The notes beneath the pieces were generated by a model, which worked only from the letters and a program-made list of their open reading frames with translations, searched no databases and had not been told where the DNA came from. Made by a program: the position numbers and the translations under genes. DNA of 64,000 bases, from positions 191,183-255,182 of the forward strand of contig CACNSH010000002.1 of NCBI GenBank assembly GCA_902622985.1, read 5' to 3'. Positions 40,249-50,732 of this stretch are shown here, piece after piece (positions within the stretch are counted from its first letter, which is position 1; every line of letters begins with the position of its first letter). The stretch comes from an uncultured Pelagibacteraceae bacterium (GTDB lineage: Bacteria; Pseudomonadota; Alphaproteobacteria; Pelagibacterales; AG-422-B15).

Positions 40249-40958
40249 AGCGCCCCCTTAGACACAAAGCCTTTAGAGTAAGTATTTTCAGCCTTATCAA
40301 ATAAAATGTTAGAAAGTCTGGTGATTACCAAATACAGAATAATAGCAGCTGTATAAAATATAAATGGTTCATGTGTCGAGCCCGCCGCAATACGCGACTG
40401 TCGCATAATTTCAACTAACCCTGTAACACTAATGAGTGCCGTATCTTTAAGTGTGATTTGCCATACATTACCAATACCTGGCAGTGCAATTCTTGCGACT
40501 TGTGGGAATATTACTCTTCCATAGAAACCATATCCATTTAATCCAAGTGTTTTACCTGCCTCAAACTGCCCTTTATGAACGGAGTTAACCGCGCCTCGAA
40601 TGACTTCAGTAGAATAAGCCCCTGAAATTGCACCGACAGCAATTGTGCCAATTGTAAATGCATTCAGTTCAATATAGCCATCATATCCAAAAATTTTAGC
40701 AATATACATAACTGCGCCGCTGCCACCAAAAAAAAGAAGATATATGACTAAAAGCTCAGGTATGCCTCTTATTATTGTTGTGTATGTATTTGCTATTATC
40801 TTTAGAATAAAAATATTTGATAGTTTACATGCAGCAAAAATAATTCCTATCAGAATACCTAAAAGTAAAGATGACGCACTTACGAGAACTGTCATCAGTG
40901 CACCCATGAGCATTTCATCTCCCCATCCAGATGAACCAAAGGCAAATACTTCAAACAT
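40245..40958 (-). CDS. Polar amino acid ABC permease (HisQ/OccQ-like)
   Basis: RGIPEL, AYSTEVIRGA, GQFEAG, KDTAL. Confidence 0.92.
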   Translation of the reverse strand: MFEVFAFGSSGWGDEMLMGALMTVLVSASSLLLGILIGIIFAACKLSNIFILKIIANTYTTIIRGIPELLVIYLLFFGGSGAVMYIAKIFGYDGYIELNAFTIGTIAVGAISGAYSTEVIRGAVNSVHKGQFEAGKTLGLNGYGFYGRVIFPQVARIALPGIGNVWQITLKDTALISVTGLVEIMRQSRIAAGSTHEPFIFYTAAIILYLVITRLSNILFDKAENTYSKGFVSKGAL

Positions 40959-40970
40959 ATTTATTTATAT

Positions 40971-41008
40971 AAAAAAAAAACGGCTGAGTATAAGTCAGCC
41001 GTTTTTTT
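40971..41008 (-). terminator. Intrinsic terminator between the binding-protein and permease genes
   Basis: CGGCTGA/TCAGCCG stem flanked by A10 and T7. Confidence 0.8.
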
Positions 41009-41026
41009 AAGTTATTAATTTCAAAA

Positions 41027-41860
41027 TTAGGGTGCGAGGTCTTTACCAAACCATTGCATTGATATTTTAGAAATTGTTCCATCTGCAGCAGCATCAGCTA
41101 TTGCTTGATCAAACATCGCTTTAAGATCAGCGTCTCCTTGTCTGATACCTGCGCCAACACCTTCACCTAAAAGTCCTCCAAATACATTTGGACCAAAAGT
41201 TACTACATTAGAGCCACCCGAAGTTTCCATAAATGCTTCTGCTGTTCCGACATCACATAACATTGCATCTATTCTACCAGCCGCAAGATCCAGATTCATT
41301 TCATCTTGTGTTGGATAAACCTTTAAGTTTGAATCTAAGTATTTATTTGCAAAATCCTCGTGGATTGTTGCAACAGTTACTCCAATATTCATACCTTTCA
41401 TTGCATTGTTTAACGCACTTATCGTACCAGAAGTAGCACTACTATCATCATCAAGATTTAAGTTTTTTGCTGAAGTAAAAGTGCTTAATGGTGAACTGTT
41501 AAGCGTGAAAAATCTAGCTGGTTCTGTCATGTAAGCTTTAGAAAAACTAATCGTTTTTTTTCTTTCTTCAGTTACTGACATACCTGCCATGATTACGTCA
41601 TATTTGCCGTTTACTAGTGCAGGTATGATTCCATCCCAGTCCTGTTGAACGAACTCACATTCAGCGTTCATTCTTTTACATAGATCTCTTGCAAGATCTA
41701 GCTCAGCACCAACAAGATTTCCTGATGCATCTGTAAAGTTCCATGGTTCGTATGCACCTTCCGTACCAATTCTAATTTTTGACCAATGACCGTCTGCTAA
41801 TGCCATTGACGATATGGCGCTAATAGCCAATCCAATTATTAATAATTTTAAATTTTTCAC
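41027..41860 (-). CDS. Lys/Arg/Orn/opine-type ABC substrate-binding protein
   Basis: Signal peptide; IGTEGAYEPWN, QDWDGIIPAL, MSVTEERKK. Confidence 0.92.
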   Translation of the reverse strand: MKNLKLLIIGLAISAISSMALADGHWSKIRIGTEGAYEPWNFTDASGNLVGAELDLARDLCKRMNAECEFVQQDWDGIIPALVNGKYDVIMAGMSVTEERKKTISFSKAYMTEPARFFTLNSSPLSTFTSAKNLNLDDDSSATSGTISALNNAMKGMNIGVTVATIHEDFANKYLDSNLKVYPTQDEMNLDLAAGRIDAMLCDVGTAEAFMETSGGSNVVTFGPNVFGGLLGEGVGAGIRQGDADLKAMFDQAIADAAADGTISKISMQWFGKDLAP

Positions 41861-41944
41861 TTAATTTCCTCCAAATTGAAATAAACAGAGAAATAGGGTC
41901 TATTAAATTTACTAAATGAGCAAGAAAAATGTTAGTTTTACTTA

Positions 41945-42172
41945 TTATTTTTGAAGTCTATTCCAAAGATATATAATTATTGCAACAGAAATTATACCCA
42001 CAACACCCTCGCTACCTAGTTGGTTAATTAAACCCACTAAGTTCTGAGTAATATTTTTTCCCAGAAAGGGTGATGATGGTCCAAAGAGTATTTCTAAGAT
42101 TATAGCTATAGCTATCAACAATAAGCCAAAATCAATGATTTCCCTTAATATTTGCTTAATTCTTGAGATCAT
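41945..42172 (-). CDS. Small membrane protein of unknown function (paralog of 42226..42441)
   Basis: Two hydrophobic segments; shares PF.G.NI..N...L.NQLG..GVVG with its neighbour. Confidence 0.8.
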   Translation of the reverse strand: MISRIKQILREIIDFGLLLIAIAIILEILFGPSSPFLGKNITQNLVGLINQLGSEGVVGIISVAIIIYLWNRLQK

Positions 42173-42184
42173 ATTTTTAAATTC

Positions 42185-42220
42185 TTATCACCTCCCATGA
42201 GCAAACATGGGAAGTGATAA
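42185..42220 (-). terminator. Intercistronic hairpin
   Basis: TTATCACTTCCCATG/CATGGGAGGTGATAA 15-bp stem just after the stop of 42226..42441. Confidence 0.6.
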
Positions 42221-42225
42221 TATAT

Positions 42226-42441
42226 TTAGTCTCTAAACAACCAGAGAATAACACCAACAGCTATTAATCCAACAACACCGGCATTTCCTAACTGGTTCAC
42301 AAGAGATACGATATTGCTGGCTATATTGCCAACAAATGGGATACTTCCACCGCTAAGCAGGCCAACAACAATACCCAAAGCTAGCAATGAAAGACCAAGA
42401 CTGGTAAGAGCCTTTATCGCGTTCTGTGCGTTTCTAATCAT
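42226..42441 (-). CDS. Small membrane protein of unknown function
   Basis: Strong SD GAGGGGGA; two hydrophobic segments; GxxGxxG. Confidence 0.82.
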   Translation of the reverse strand: MIRNAQNAIKALTSLGLSLLALGIVVGLLSGGSIPFVGNIASNIVSLVNQLGNAGVVGLIAVGVILWLFRD

Positions 42442-42632
42442 AACTTTCCCCCTCGTTATGTTTTTTAGATGAAAGTACTACATTTAGTACATAAATGAAC
42501 ATTATATTCAAAATGTGGTAAAACAAGCTTCTTTTAAAATTTAAGTAATTGAATTTGTTTGTTTTTTCTTAAAATATTCAAAAATGTCACATTTATACAA
42601 CATTATTTTTGTATATGTGTGAGGAGTTGATT

Positions 42633-44159
42633 CTATTCAATCTGCATTAATAGCTCTAAGGCTAGCTGGTTAATATTTAAGGTTGTTGAGGAAAGCCCAA
42701 ATATTTTCCTATCAGGTCTGAGGATTATTTCCCCTATTTCTAAGTATTCCGATAACTCGGAACCAACACTAAAACCAGTATAATCGTGAATAAATTTAAA
42801 GTTTAAGTTTATCAGTTTTTTATAAACGTCCTCATCTAATTTATTTTTGACGTCTTTTTTTGAAAATATCGCAAAACAGTTTCCAACTATTTTATCTAAA
42901 CAGCCATTATCTTCATTATTAGTAATTTCTCTATTGAAAAGTCTTCTATTTATTATCAGTTCATTTTGAGAATTACTGAAAATACCTCTTTTTGTATCTT
43001 TTTCTAAAATACTGTTTCTTTTTCCGAATGCTTGATCTCTAGCCTCTGGTGCAATTGCCTCTTCTAAAGGGATATTTTTCTGAAATGCCATGGATAATGA
43101 GTCAATTAATTGTCCAAGTGCTATAGACGATTTTATTGTTTGCTTTACTTGTTCTAATCTTTCTAAACTATAAGAAAGAAGTAGATCTTTATTACAATTA
43201 GAATTTACAACCATATTAATTTTCCATACCAAATTTAATATATCTCTAATACCAGTATTCAGTCCTTGACTTGCGTAGGGTGGCATTTGGTAAGCAGAAT
43301 CTCCTATTAAGAATACATAGTCTTTTTGAAAGGACTTTGCAAAAGACCCTCTAAATTTTTGAATAAATACATTTTCAATTTCATACTGATCAGGTTCAAT
43401 CCATTGTGAAATTAAATTTTTAATATTATTTATTTGAATTGCTTTTTGATGTTGCTCGCCTGCAAGTAATTGAAATTCAAATCTATGCCTTCTACTTGAT
43501 TGAGAGATAAAGGTAGTTGGTCTTGTGTCGTCACAAATTTGCCTGAAAACGTTTTCTAAACTATAATTAGGCTTGAGTAATATATCAACTAGAAGCCAAT
43601 TTTTTGAGTATCTCTGGTCAACAGTTTCGATGTCTAATTTTTTTCTAACTAAAGAATTAGTACCATCACATGCTATAAGGTAAAGTGCTTCAAAATGATT
43701 TAGCTTATTACCACTTTTTATATCGAGCCTTACTTTGTTATCATTTGTATTAAAATTAATAAGCTCATTATCGAATAGTAAATCTATATTATCATCTGCT
43801 TTACACTCTTTTCTTATTATTTTTTCAATTTCTGGCTGAAAAAAAGTACAAATAGAAGGAAAGCCGTTATCAGTGTTTAATACAGGATTACGCTGAATCA
43901 CTCTTCCATTAGTTAGTACAATATCAATGAAATCTGGTTTATTTAGTAATTCCTTAAGCGAGTCATATAATCCAATACTTTCCAGTAAACGTAAGCTTTC
44001 ATCATCGAATGATATGGCATTTGAAGAAAATTCAGCATCTGATCTCGATTCAATAACTAGTGTTCTGAGGTTGTATTGGCTACATACTTTTGCACAGATT
44101 TGCCCAATTAGTCCAAAGCCCACAATTGCAACATCATATTGATTATTATTACTAGTCAA
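42633..44159 (-). CDS. FAD-dependent monooxygenase, MhpA-like, divergent
   Basis: GFGLIG, F.QPEIE, ACDG, GDSAYQMPP..QG.NTGIRD, RPD; TTG start after AGGAG. Confidence 0.8.
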   Translation of the reverse strand: MTSNNNQYDVAIVGFGLIGQICAKVCSQYNLRTLVIESRSDAEFSSNAISFDDESLRLLESIGLYDSLKELLNKPDFIDIVLTNGRVIQRNPVLNTDNGFPSICTFFQPEIEKIIRKECKADDNIDLLFDNELINFNTNDNKVRLDIKSGNKLNHFEALYLIACDGTNSLVRKKLDIETVDQRYSKNWLLVDILLKPNYSLENVFRQICDDTRPTTFISQSSRRHRFEFQLLAGEQHQKAIQINNIKNLISQWIEPDQYEIENVFIQKFRGSFAKSFQKDYVFLIGDSAYQMPPYASQGLNTGIRDILNLVWKINMVVNSNCNKDLLLSYSLERLEQVKQTIKSSIALGQLIDSLSMAFQKNIPLEEAIAPEARDQAFGKRNSILEKDTKRGIFSNSQNELIINRRLFNREITNNEDNGCLDKIVGNCFAIFSKKDVKNKLDEDVYKKLINLNFKFIHDYTGFSVGSELSEYLEIGEIILRPDRKIFGLSSTTLNINQLALELLMQIE

Positions 44160-44248
44160 AAAAACTCCTAGATAATGAAATCGCTTGACTCTTACTTTCA
44201 ATTTAGTTTGAATTCAAGCCATTATTTAATTTAATAAAAAGATTTTAA

Positions 44249-45355
44249 ATGGTTAAAATAGTAAATTCATGGAATGAGTGGGATCCACTAAAACACATAA
44301 TTGTTGGAAGAGCAGATAATTGTTGTATTGCTCCAGTTGAGCCTGCAATGGCTCCAAAAATTCCTGAAGATTCTGACATGAAAGGTAAGTTTGGACCAAG
44401 GCCACAACAAACAATTGATAGAGCAAATTATTTGCTCGATAATTTCTCAGATATTTTAGAGAAAAGAGGAATAAAAGTAGATCGTCCATCACCACTGGAT
44501 TTCAACCAAAAAATTGGTACTCCAGATTGGAGCATAGAAACAATGTTTGGCTGTATGCCTCCTAGAGATGTTATACTTACTTTAGGCAGTGAGATGCTAG
44601 AGGCTACAATGTCCTTTCGTTCAAGATGGTTTGAGTATTTATGTTATCGACCACTATTACAAAGCTTTTTTGAACAAGATCCAGAAATGAGATGGGAAAC
44701 TGCTCCAAAACCAAGGTTAACGAATAAATCTTACAGGGATAATTATCTTGCTGACGAAATAACAATGGACCAAAGATACGAATGGGTTGCCGATAAAAAG
44801 TTTGTCACTACTGAAGAAGAGCCGCTATTTGATGCGGCTGATGTTTTAAGAATGGGAAAAGACTTATTTATTCAACATGGTTTCACAACAAATTTAAAAG
44901 GCATTGATTGGATCAGAAGACACTTTCCAGATCAGCGTATTCATGTTCTAAATTTCCCAACAGATCCTTTTCCTACACATATTGATGCTACATTTACGCC
45001 ATTGAGACCAGGACTGATATTAAATAATCCTGAAAGAAGACTGCCTGATGAGCAAAGAAAAATCTTTCATGATAATGATTGGGAAATAGTCGAAGCCGCT
45101 AGACCTGCTCACAATTCTCCTCCTCCATTATGCTATTCAAGTGTATGGCTAAGCATGAATGTCCTTATGCTGGATCCAAAAACAGTTTGCGTTGAAGAAA
45201 CTGAAGTTCACCAGATGGATCAACTAGATAAATTAAATTTTGAAGTTGTTCCTGTCCCTTTTAGGGATGCCTATCCATTTGGTGGAGCTTTACACTGCGC
45301 AACAACTGATGTTTATCGTGAAAGTAGTCAGGAGGATTACTTTACAAAACAATAA
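44249..45355 (+). CDS. Amidinotransferase (glycine/inosamine-phosphate amidinotransferase family)
   Basis: NSWNEWDPL, PPRD, RSRWFEY, FDAAD, HIDAT, SMN, GGALHC. Confidence 0.92.
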   Translation: MVKIVNSWNEWDPLKHIIVGRADNCCIAPVEPAMAPKIPEDSDMKGKFGPRPQQTIDRANYLLDNFSDILEKRGIKVDRPSPLDFNQKIGTPDWSIETMFGCMPPRDVILTLGSEMLEATMSFRSRWFEYLCYRPLLQSFFEQDPEMRWETAPKPRLTNKSYRDNYLADEITMDQRYEWVADKKFVTTEEEPLFDAADVLRMGKDLFIQHGFTTNLKGIDWIRRHFPDQRIHVLNFPTDPFPTHIDATFTPLRPGLILNNPERRLPDEQRKIFHDNDWEIVEAARPAHNSPPPLCYSSVWLSMNVLMLDPKTVCVEETEVHQMDQLDKLNFEVVPVPFRDAYPFGGALHCATTDVYRESSQEDYFTKQ

Positions 45356-45359
45356 TTTT

Positions 45360-46487
45360 TTAATAATTTGTTTTCTCAATTATGATATTTCTATTGATGT
45401 AACAATTCATTAGAAGTCCAAATCCAAACATAACTGCCAACATTGAACTTCCTCCATAAGATATAAATGGAAGTGGAACTCCTACTACGGGAAGTAAGCC
45501 TGTGACCATTCCAATATTAACAAAAACATAAATGAAAAAAACATTACATACTCCTAAAGATAAATATTTACTAAATAAACTGCGACTTTTTAGTGCAAGT
45601 CGAATAGATATCATAATCAAGGCTGCATATATTAATAATATTAGCAACGTCCCTATGAAACCAAATTCCTCACCTAGCATTGTAAATATGAAGTCTGTTT
45701 GCATTTCAGGAAGAAAATTAAGATGGCTCTGGGTGCCTTCCATGTAGCCTTTGCCAAATATACCACCAGAGCCGAGGGCAATTTTTGATTGCATTATGTG
45801 GTATCCATTTCCAAGAGGATCACGCTCAGGATTAAAAAAAGTGAGTACTCTGTCTTTCTGATAATCTTTAAGATATTGCCACAAAACTGGTAAGGAACAT
45901 AAAATTGAAAATACACCTACTATAAAATATTTATAATTTAAACCTGAGATCCAAAAAAGACTTACTCCGCCAAGTAGAATTATTAGAGCTGTACCTAAAT
46001 CTGGCTGAGTAATTACTAAAAATACTGGGACGACAGTAATGATTAGTGGAATAATCAAAGTCTTAATAAAATTGCTATCATTATTTATGGAATGAAAATA
46101 CTTAGCTAAAGCTAGGATCAAAGTATATTTAACAAATTCGGAAGGTTGCAGACTTATACCAGCTATGTTGATCCATCGAGTAGCACCGTTACTTTCAATT
46201 CCAATAAAGGGAATAACGGCCAAAGATATAATACTCAGGAAAAAAATTACATATGCATATCCAAATATTAACCTTAAATCAAAGAATATGACTAAAAAAA
46301 AGATTATTAATCCAAGTATAAATCTTTGAGAGTGCTTCAATGGCCACGAGTTAAATTCACCATTTGAGATACTCAATAATGCCGCCAAACCAACAAAAAA
46401 TAATATAATTATTAAACCCAATAGAGGATAATTTATACTTTTTATCTTAGTAAAGGCTGAACTGTAAATATTATTTTGATTAAACAT
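45360..46487 (-). CDS. rodA: Rod shape-determining protein RodA
   Basis: GATRW, QPSEF, QPDLGT, LPEMQTDFIF, PFISYGGS. Confidence 0.96.
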   Translation of the reverse strand: MFNQNNIYSSAFTKIKSINYPLLGLIIILFFVGLAALLSISNGEFNSWPLKHSQRFILGLIIFFLVIFFDLRLIFGYAYVIFFLSIISLAVIPFIGIESNGATRWINIAGISLQPSEFVKYTLILALAKYFHSINNDSNFIKTLIIPLIITVVPVFLVITQPDLGTALIILLGGVSLFWISGLNYKYFIVGVFSILCSLPVLWQYLKDYQKDRVLTFFNPERDPLGNGYHIMQSKIALGSGGIFGKGYMEGTQSHLNFLPEMQTDFIFTMLGEEFGFIGTLLILLIYAALIMISIRLALKSRSLFSKYLSLGVCNVFFIYVFVNIGMVTGLLPVVGVPLPFISYGGSSMLAVMFGFGLLMNCYINRNIIIEKTNY

Positions 46488-48351
46488 TAAATATTTCGTT
46501 TCGTTTTAAACTGAGTTTTTTATCAAATAAATATTTAAATATATCTGATGCAATTGGAGCTGCAGATCCAGATCCACTTCCTCCGTGTTCAACAATTACA
46601 GAAACTGCATATTTAGGATCTGTAGTTGGACCGTATCCAATAAAAAGACCATGATCTCTTTTTTCCCAGGGCAAATCTTTATTTTTTATTAAACCCTCTT
46701 CTCTTTCTTTAATTGATATCGCCCGTACCTGAGATGTGCCTGTTTTACCTGCCATTTTGTACTCACCAATAATTCTAGATCTATAAGAAGTCCCCCCAGG
46801 GGCATTTGTGGCTGCGTCTAAAGCGTTTTTTATAATTTTTAGATATTTAGGATCTGCGATAATTCGCTCATCATAAACAGTTGGGACATCATTATCATAT
46901 ATTAATTTTGGATTAAGCCTATTTCCATCATTAATTAGTTGAGCTAACGCGAGAGATAGCTGTGCTGCAGTCGTTAAAAAATATCCTTGACCTATACCAG
47001 CAGATAATGTTTCACCAACCATCCATCTAGTTCCAAGATTTTCTAATTTCCATTGTTTATTTGGAACTACTCCACTTTTTTCTTCATAAAGAGATTTGAA
47101 AACTTTTTCTCCTAAACCATATCTTTTACAAACTTCTGCAATTTTATTAATACCTATCCTTCTTGCAATTTGATAAAAATAGACATCACAAGAAACCTTT
47201 ATAGCCTCTGTCATATCTACATTTCCATGCCCTTCCTTCTTCCAGCAATGAAATGTTTTGTATCCTGAATCTAGACTAGTATCTTCTATTTGGTGTTTTC
47301 CATTGCAAAAAAAAGTTTCTCTATGAGAAACTCCTGACTCTAAGGCTGCAAGCGCAACAAATGGTTTTATGGTTGATCCAGGAGGATATTGATTGGATAT
47401 CGATTTATTAATCAATGGTTTATATTTATTTGATAAAAGGTTTTCCCAAGTTTCATTTGAAATAGATTTACTAAATATATTTGGATCATAGGATGGCGAG
47501 GAAGCCAATGCATAAAACTCGCCATTTTTAACATTAATAACAGAGACGCTTCCACTAAGTCCTTTAAGTCTCTCATAGCAAAATTTTTGCAATTCTGAGT
47601 CAATTGTAAGCTGTACGTAGTTACCTTGCACGCTATTTACTCGATCAAGTTCCCTAATTTCTCGTCCACTAGCATTAACTTCAATATTTTTATTGCCGAG
47701 TTTACCTCGTAAAATTGCATCTTTGGCTTTTTCTACACCAATCTTGCCTGCTTTCGCTGTGCTTAGTTTAGATAACGGGTTTGATTCTTCTTCACTTTTA
47801 CTTATTGTAGAAACATACCCAATCAAATGTGAGTGCGATTCTCCTTGAGTATAGTATCTTTTGAATCCAATTTGAGGATAAACGCCCTCTAATTTATGGA
47901 TATTTACATTTATTTTAGAGAACTCCTGCCATGTCAAGTCATCGACAATTCCGATGGGAATAAATTTTTTTCTTGAATTTACTTCTTTTAATATTTTTTC
48001 TATATCAATATTAGCTTTTGGTAATATTGATTTTAAATTTACTAATGATCTTTTTACGTCTCTGGTTTCTTCTTTTATAATTATAACTTCATATTTTTGT
48101 TTATTAATCGCAATTGGTCGCCCCTGTAAATCAAAAATAATACCTCTTTCCGGCTCGAGAAATCTATGTGTTATTCTATTTTTATCTGATAATTTTTTAT
48201 AGTTACTATTCTTAGCGATTTGTAAATAAGCCAGTCTTCCAATAAGTGCTGAGAATATACCGGCTTTAGCAATTGTGACAAGCGCCGCTCTTCTATTAAT
48301 TAAATTTTCAGTATCATATTTTTGAAAAATAAAATTACCTGATTTTTTCAT
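46480..48351 (-). CDS. mrdA: Penicillin-binding protein 2
   Basis: PERG, PGSTIK (SxxK), SCD, KTGT. Confidence 0.96.
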   Translation of the reverse strand: MKKSGNFIFQKYDTENLINRRAALVTIAKAGIFSALIGRLAYLQIAKNSNYKKLSDKNRITHRFLEPERGIIFDLQGRPIAINKQKYEVIIIKEETRDVKRSLVNLKSILPKANIDIEKILKEVNSRKKFIPIGIVDDLTWQEFSKINVNIHKLEGVYPQIGFKRYYTQGESHSHLIGYVSTISKSEEESNPLSKLSTAKAGKIGVEKAKDAILRGKLGNKNIEVNASGREIRELDRVNSVQGNYVQLTIDSELQKFCYERLKGLSGSVSVINVKNGEFYALASSPSYDPNIFSKSISNETWENLLSNKYKPLINKSISNQYPPGSTIKPFVALAALESGVSHRETFFCNGKHQIEDTSLDSGYKTFHCWKKEGHGNVDMTEAIKVSCDVYFYQIARRIGINKIAEVCKRYGLGEKVFKSLYEEKSGVVPNKQWKLENLGTRWMVGETLSAGIGQGYFLTTAAQLSLALAQLINDGNRLNPKLIYDNDVPTVYDERIIADPKYLKIIKNALDAATNAPGGTSYRSRIIGEYKMAGKTGTSQVRAISIKEREEGLIKNKDLPWEKRDHGLFIGYGPTTDPKYAVSVIVEHGGSGSGSAAPIASDIFKYLFDKKLSLKRNEIFNV

Positions 48352-48820
48352 ATTTTTTCTGACTATGTATAGTTATTAAGTTTATGGGCAGGTATAATAA
48401 AACAATTACTAAGAAAGATGATAATTCACCGACAGATAAGTAGTTGAGTTGGTAATTAAAATAGATAAATAAATTTTTAAAAATAAATAATATTAACAAC
48501 CCTATAATAAATATAATAAATTTTAATTTTTGTTGTTCGAATAATCCATTAATTGAGCTTATTTGGCTTAAAACATAGAAGAATAAAAAGATACTTCCAG
48601 AATAACCTAAATTCATTCCAAGCAAAATATCTTGAAAAGTGCCCCAAACGAAAAGAAAAAGGGGAACTAACCATTCACTCTCTTTCCATTTTATTGAATA
48701 TAAAAATATGCACAGCATTAAAGTAAAATCAATTAGATTAAAATTAAACACATTGTTTAATGATATAAAAAAAAGAAAAAATCCATTTAATATCAAATAG
48801 CCTTTGAAGCTTAGATTCAT
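48335..48820 (-). CDS. mreD: Rod shape-determining protein MreD
   Basis: Hydrophobic, G..QD...G..LG motif; lies between mreC and mrdA. Confidence 0.75.
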   Translation of the reverse strand: MNLSFKGYLILNGFFLFFISLNNVFNFNLIDFTLMLCIFLYSIKWKESEWLVPLFLFVWGTFQDILLGMNLGYSGSIFLFFYVLSQISSINGLFEQQKLKFIIFIIGLLILFIFKNLFIYFNYQLNYLSVGELSSFLVIVLLYLPINLITIHSQKKYEKIR

Positions 48821-48823
48821 TTA

Positions 48824-49663
48824 TTAACTTTCTTTTTTAAGTTTATAATTTAATAATTTCACATGTGATAAAGCTGCAATATTTTCAAATATACTAATCT
48901 CGATTTCATTTGATTTTTTTCCAACTACTTGGCCAATCAATTGAAATGGAGGAAAAATTCCACCTTTTCCTGATGTTGTAACTAAGTCTCCAATGCTAAT
49001 TTTTTCAATATGTTCAACAAATCCTATAGTTGGATTTTCTCGACCTTGACCTATTAAAATGCCGTGATAACCATCTTGAGAAATTATCACTGGAATTCTG
49101 CTGTTGATGTTGCTTATTAGAAGTACGCGAGAGAGACTCTCACCAACATGAGATACTCTGCCAATTATCCCATTAGATCCTGCAACTGGCATGTCCACTT
49201 TGATATTTTCTTTTTTTCCTGAATTAACAATTAATGTGCCGTTAAAATTATTTGAAAAATCACCAACTATTCTTGAAGTTTTAAAATCAAATTCAATATC
49301 ATTTGACGCATTTAATAGCCGTTCATATTGAGCGATTTTAAGTTTCATAGAAACTATCTCTTGAAAACTAGCAGAATCAAGTAATTGCATGTCTTTGAAC
49401 CTTTGGTTTTCTTCATAAATGTTTTGGATCTCGTAAATACTTTCAAGTCCATTTTTGATTAGATTAATAGGACTGGAAACAATTGAAGTAATTGAGTAAA
49501 CGGTATTTATACTTTTAGCTCTAAATTCATTTGAAAAATTGCTATTGTCAAATCGCCCAAAATAAAAAACAAGTGAAAATATGATTAAACCTATAGGAAT
49601 AAGAATAGAAATGTAGCTACTCTTTTTAACATATCTTGAGTAAAAATTACGTGATGTCCTCAC
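48824..49663 (-). CDS. mreC: Rod shape-determining protein MreC
   Basis: TM plus coiled coil, GIIGRV, SRIPV, TTSG.GGIFP. Confidence 0.9.
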   Translation of the reverse strand: MRTSRNFYSRYVKKSSYISILIPIGLIIFSLVFYFGRFDNSNFSNEFRAKSINTVYSITSIVSSPINLIKNGLESIYEIQNIYEENQRFKDMQLLDSASFQEIVSMKLKIAQYERLLNASNDIEFDFKTSRIVGDFSNNFNGTLIVNSGKKENIKVDMPVAGSNGIIGRVSHVGESLSRVLLISNINSRIPVIISQDGYHGILIGQGRENPTIGFVEHIEKISIGDLVTTSGKGGIFPPFQLIGQVVGKKSNEIEISIFENIAALSHVKLLNYKLKKES

Positions 49664-49676
49664 TGTCAGACTTTAA

Positions 49677-50729
<1,053 letters not shown>

Positions 50730-50732
50730 TTA

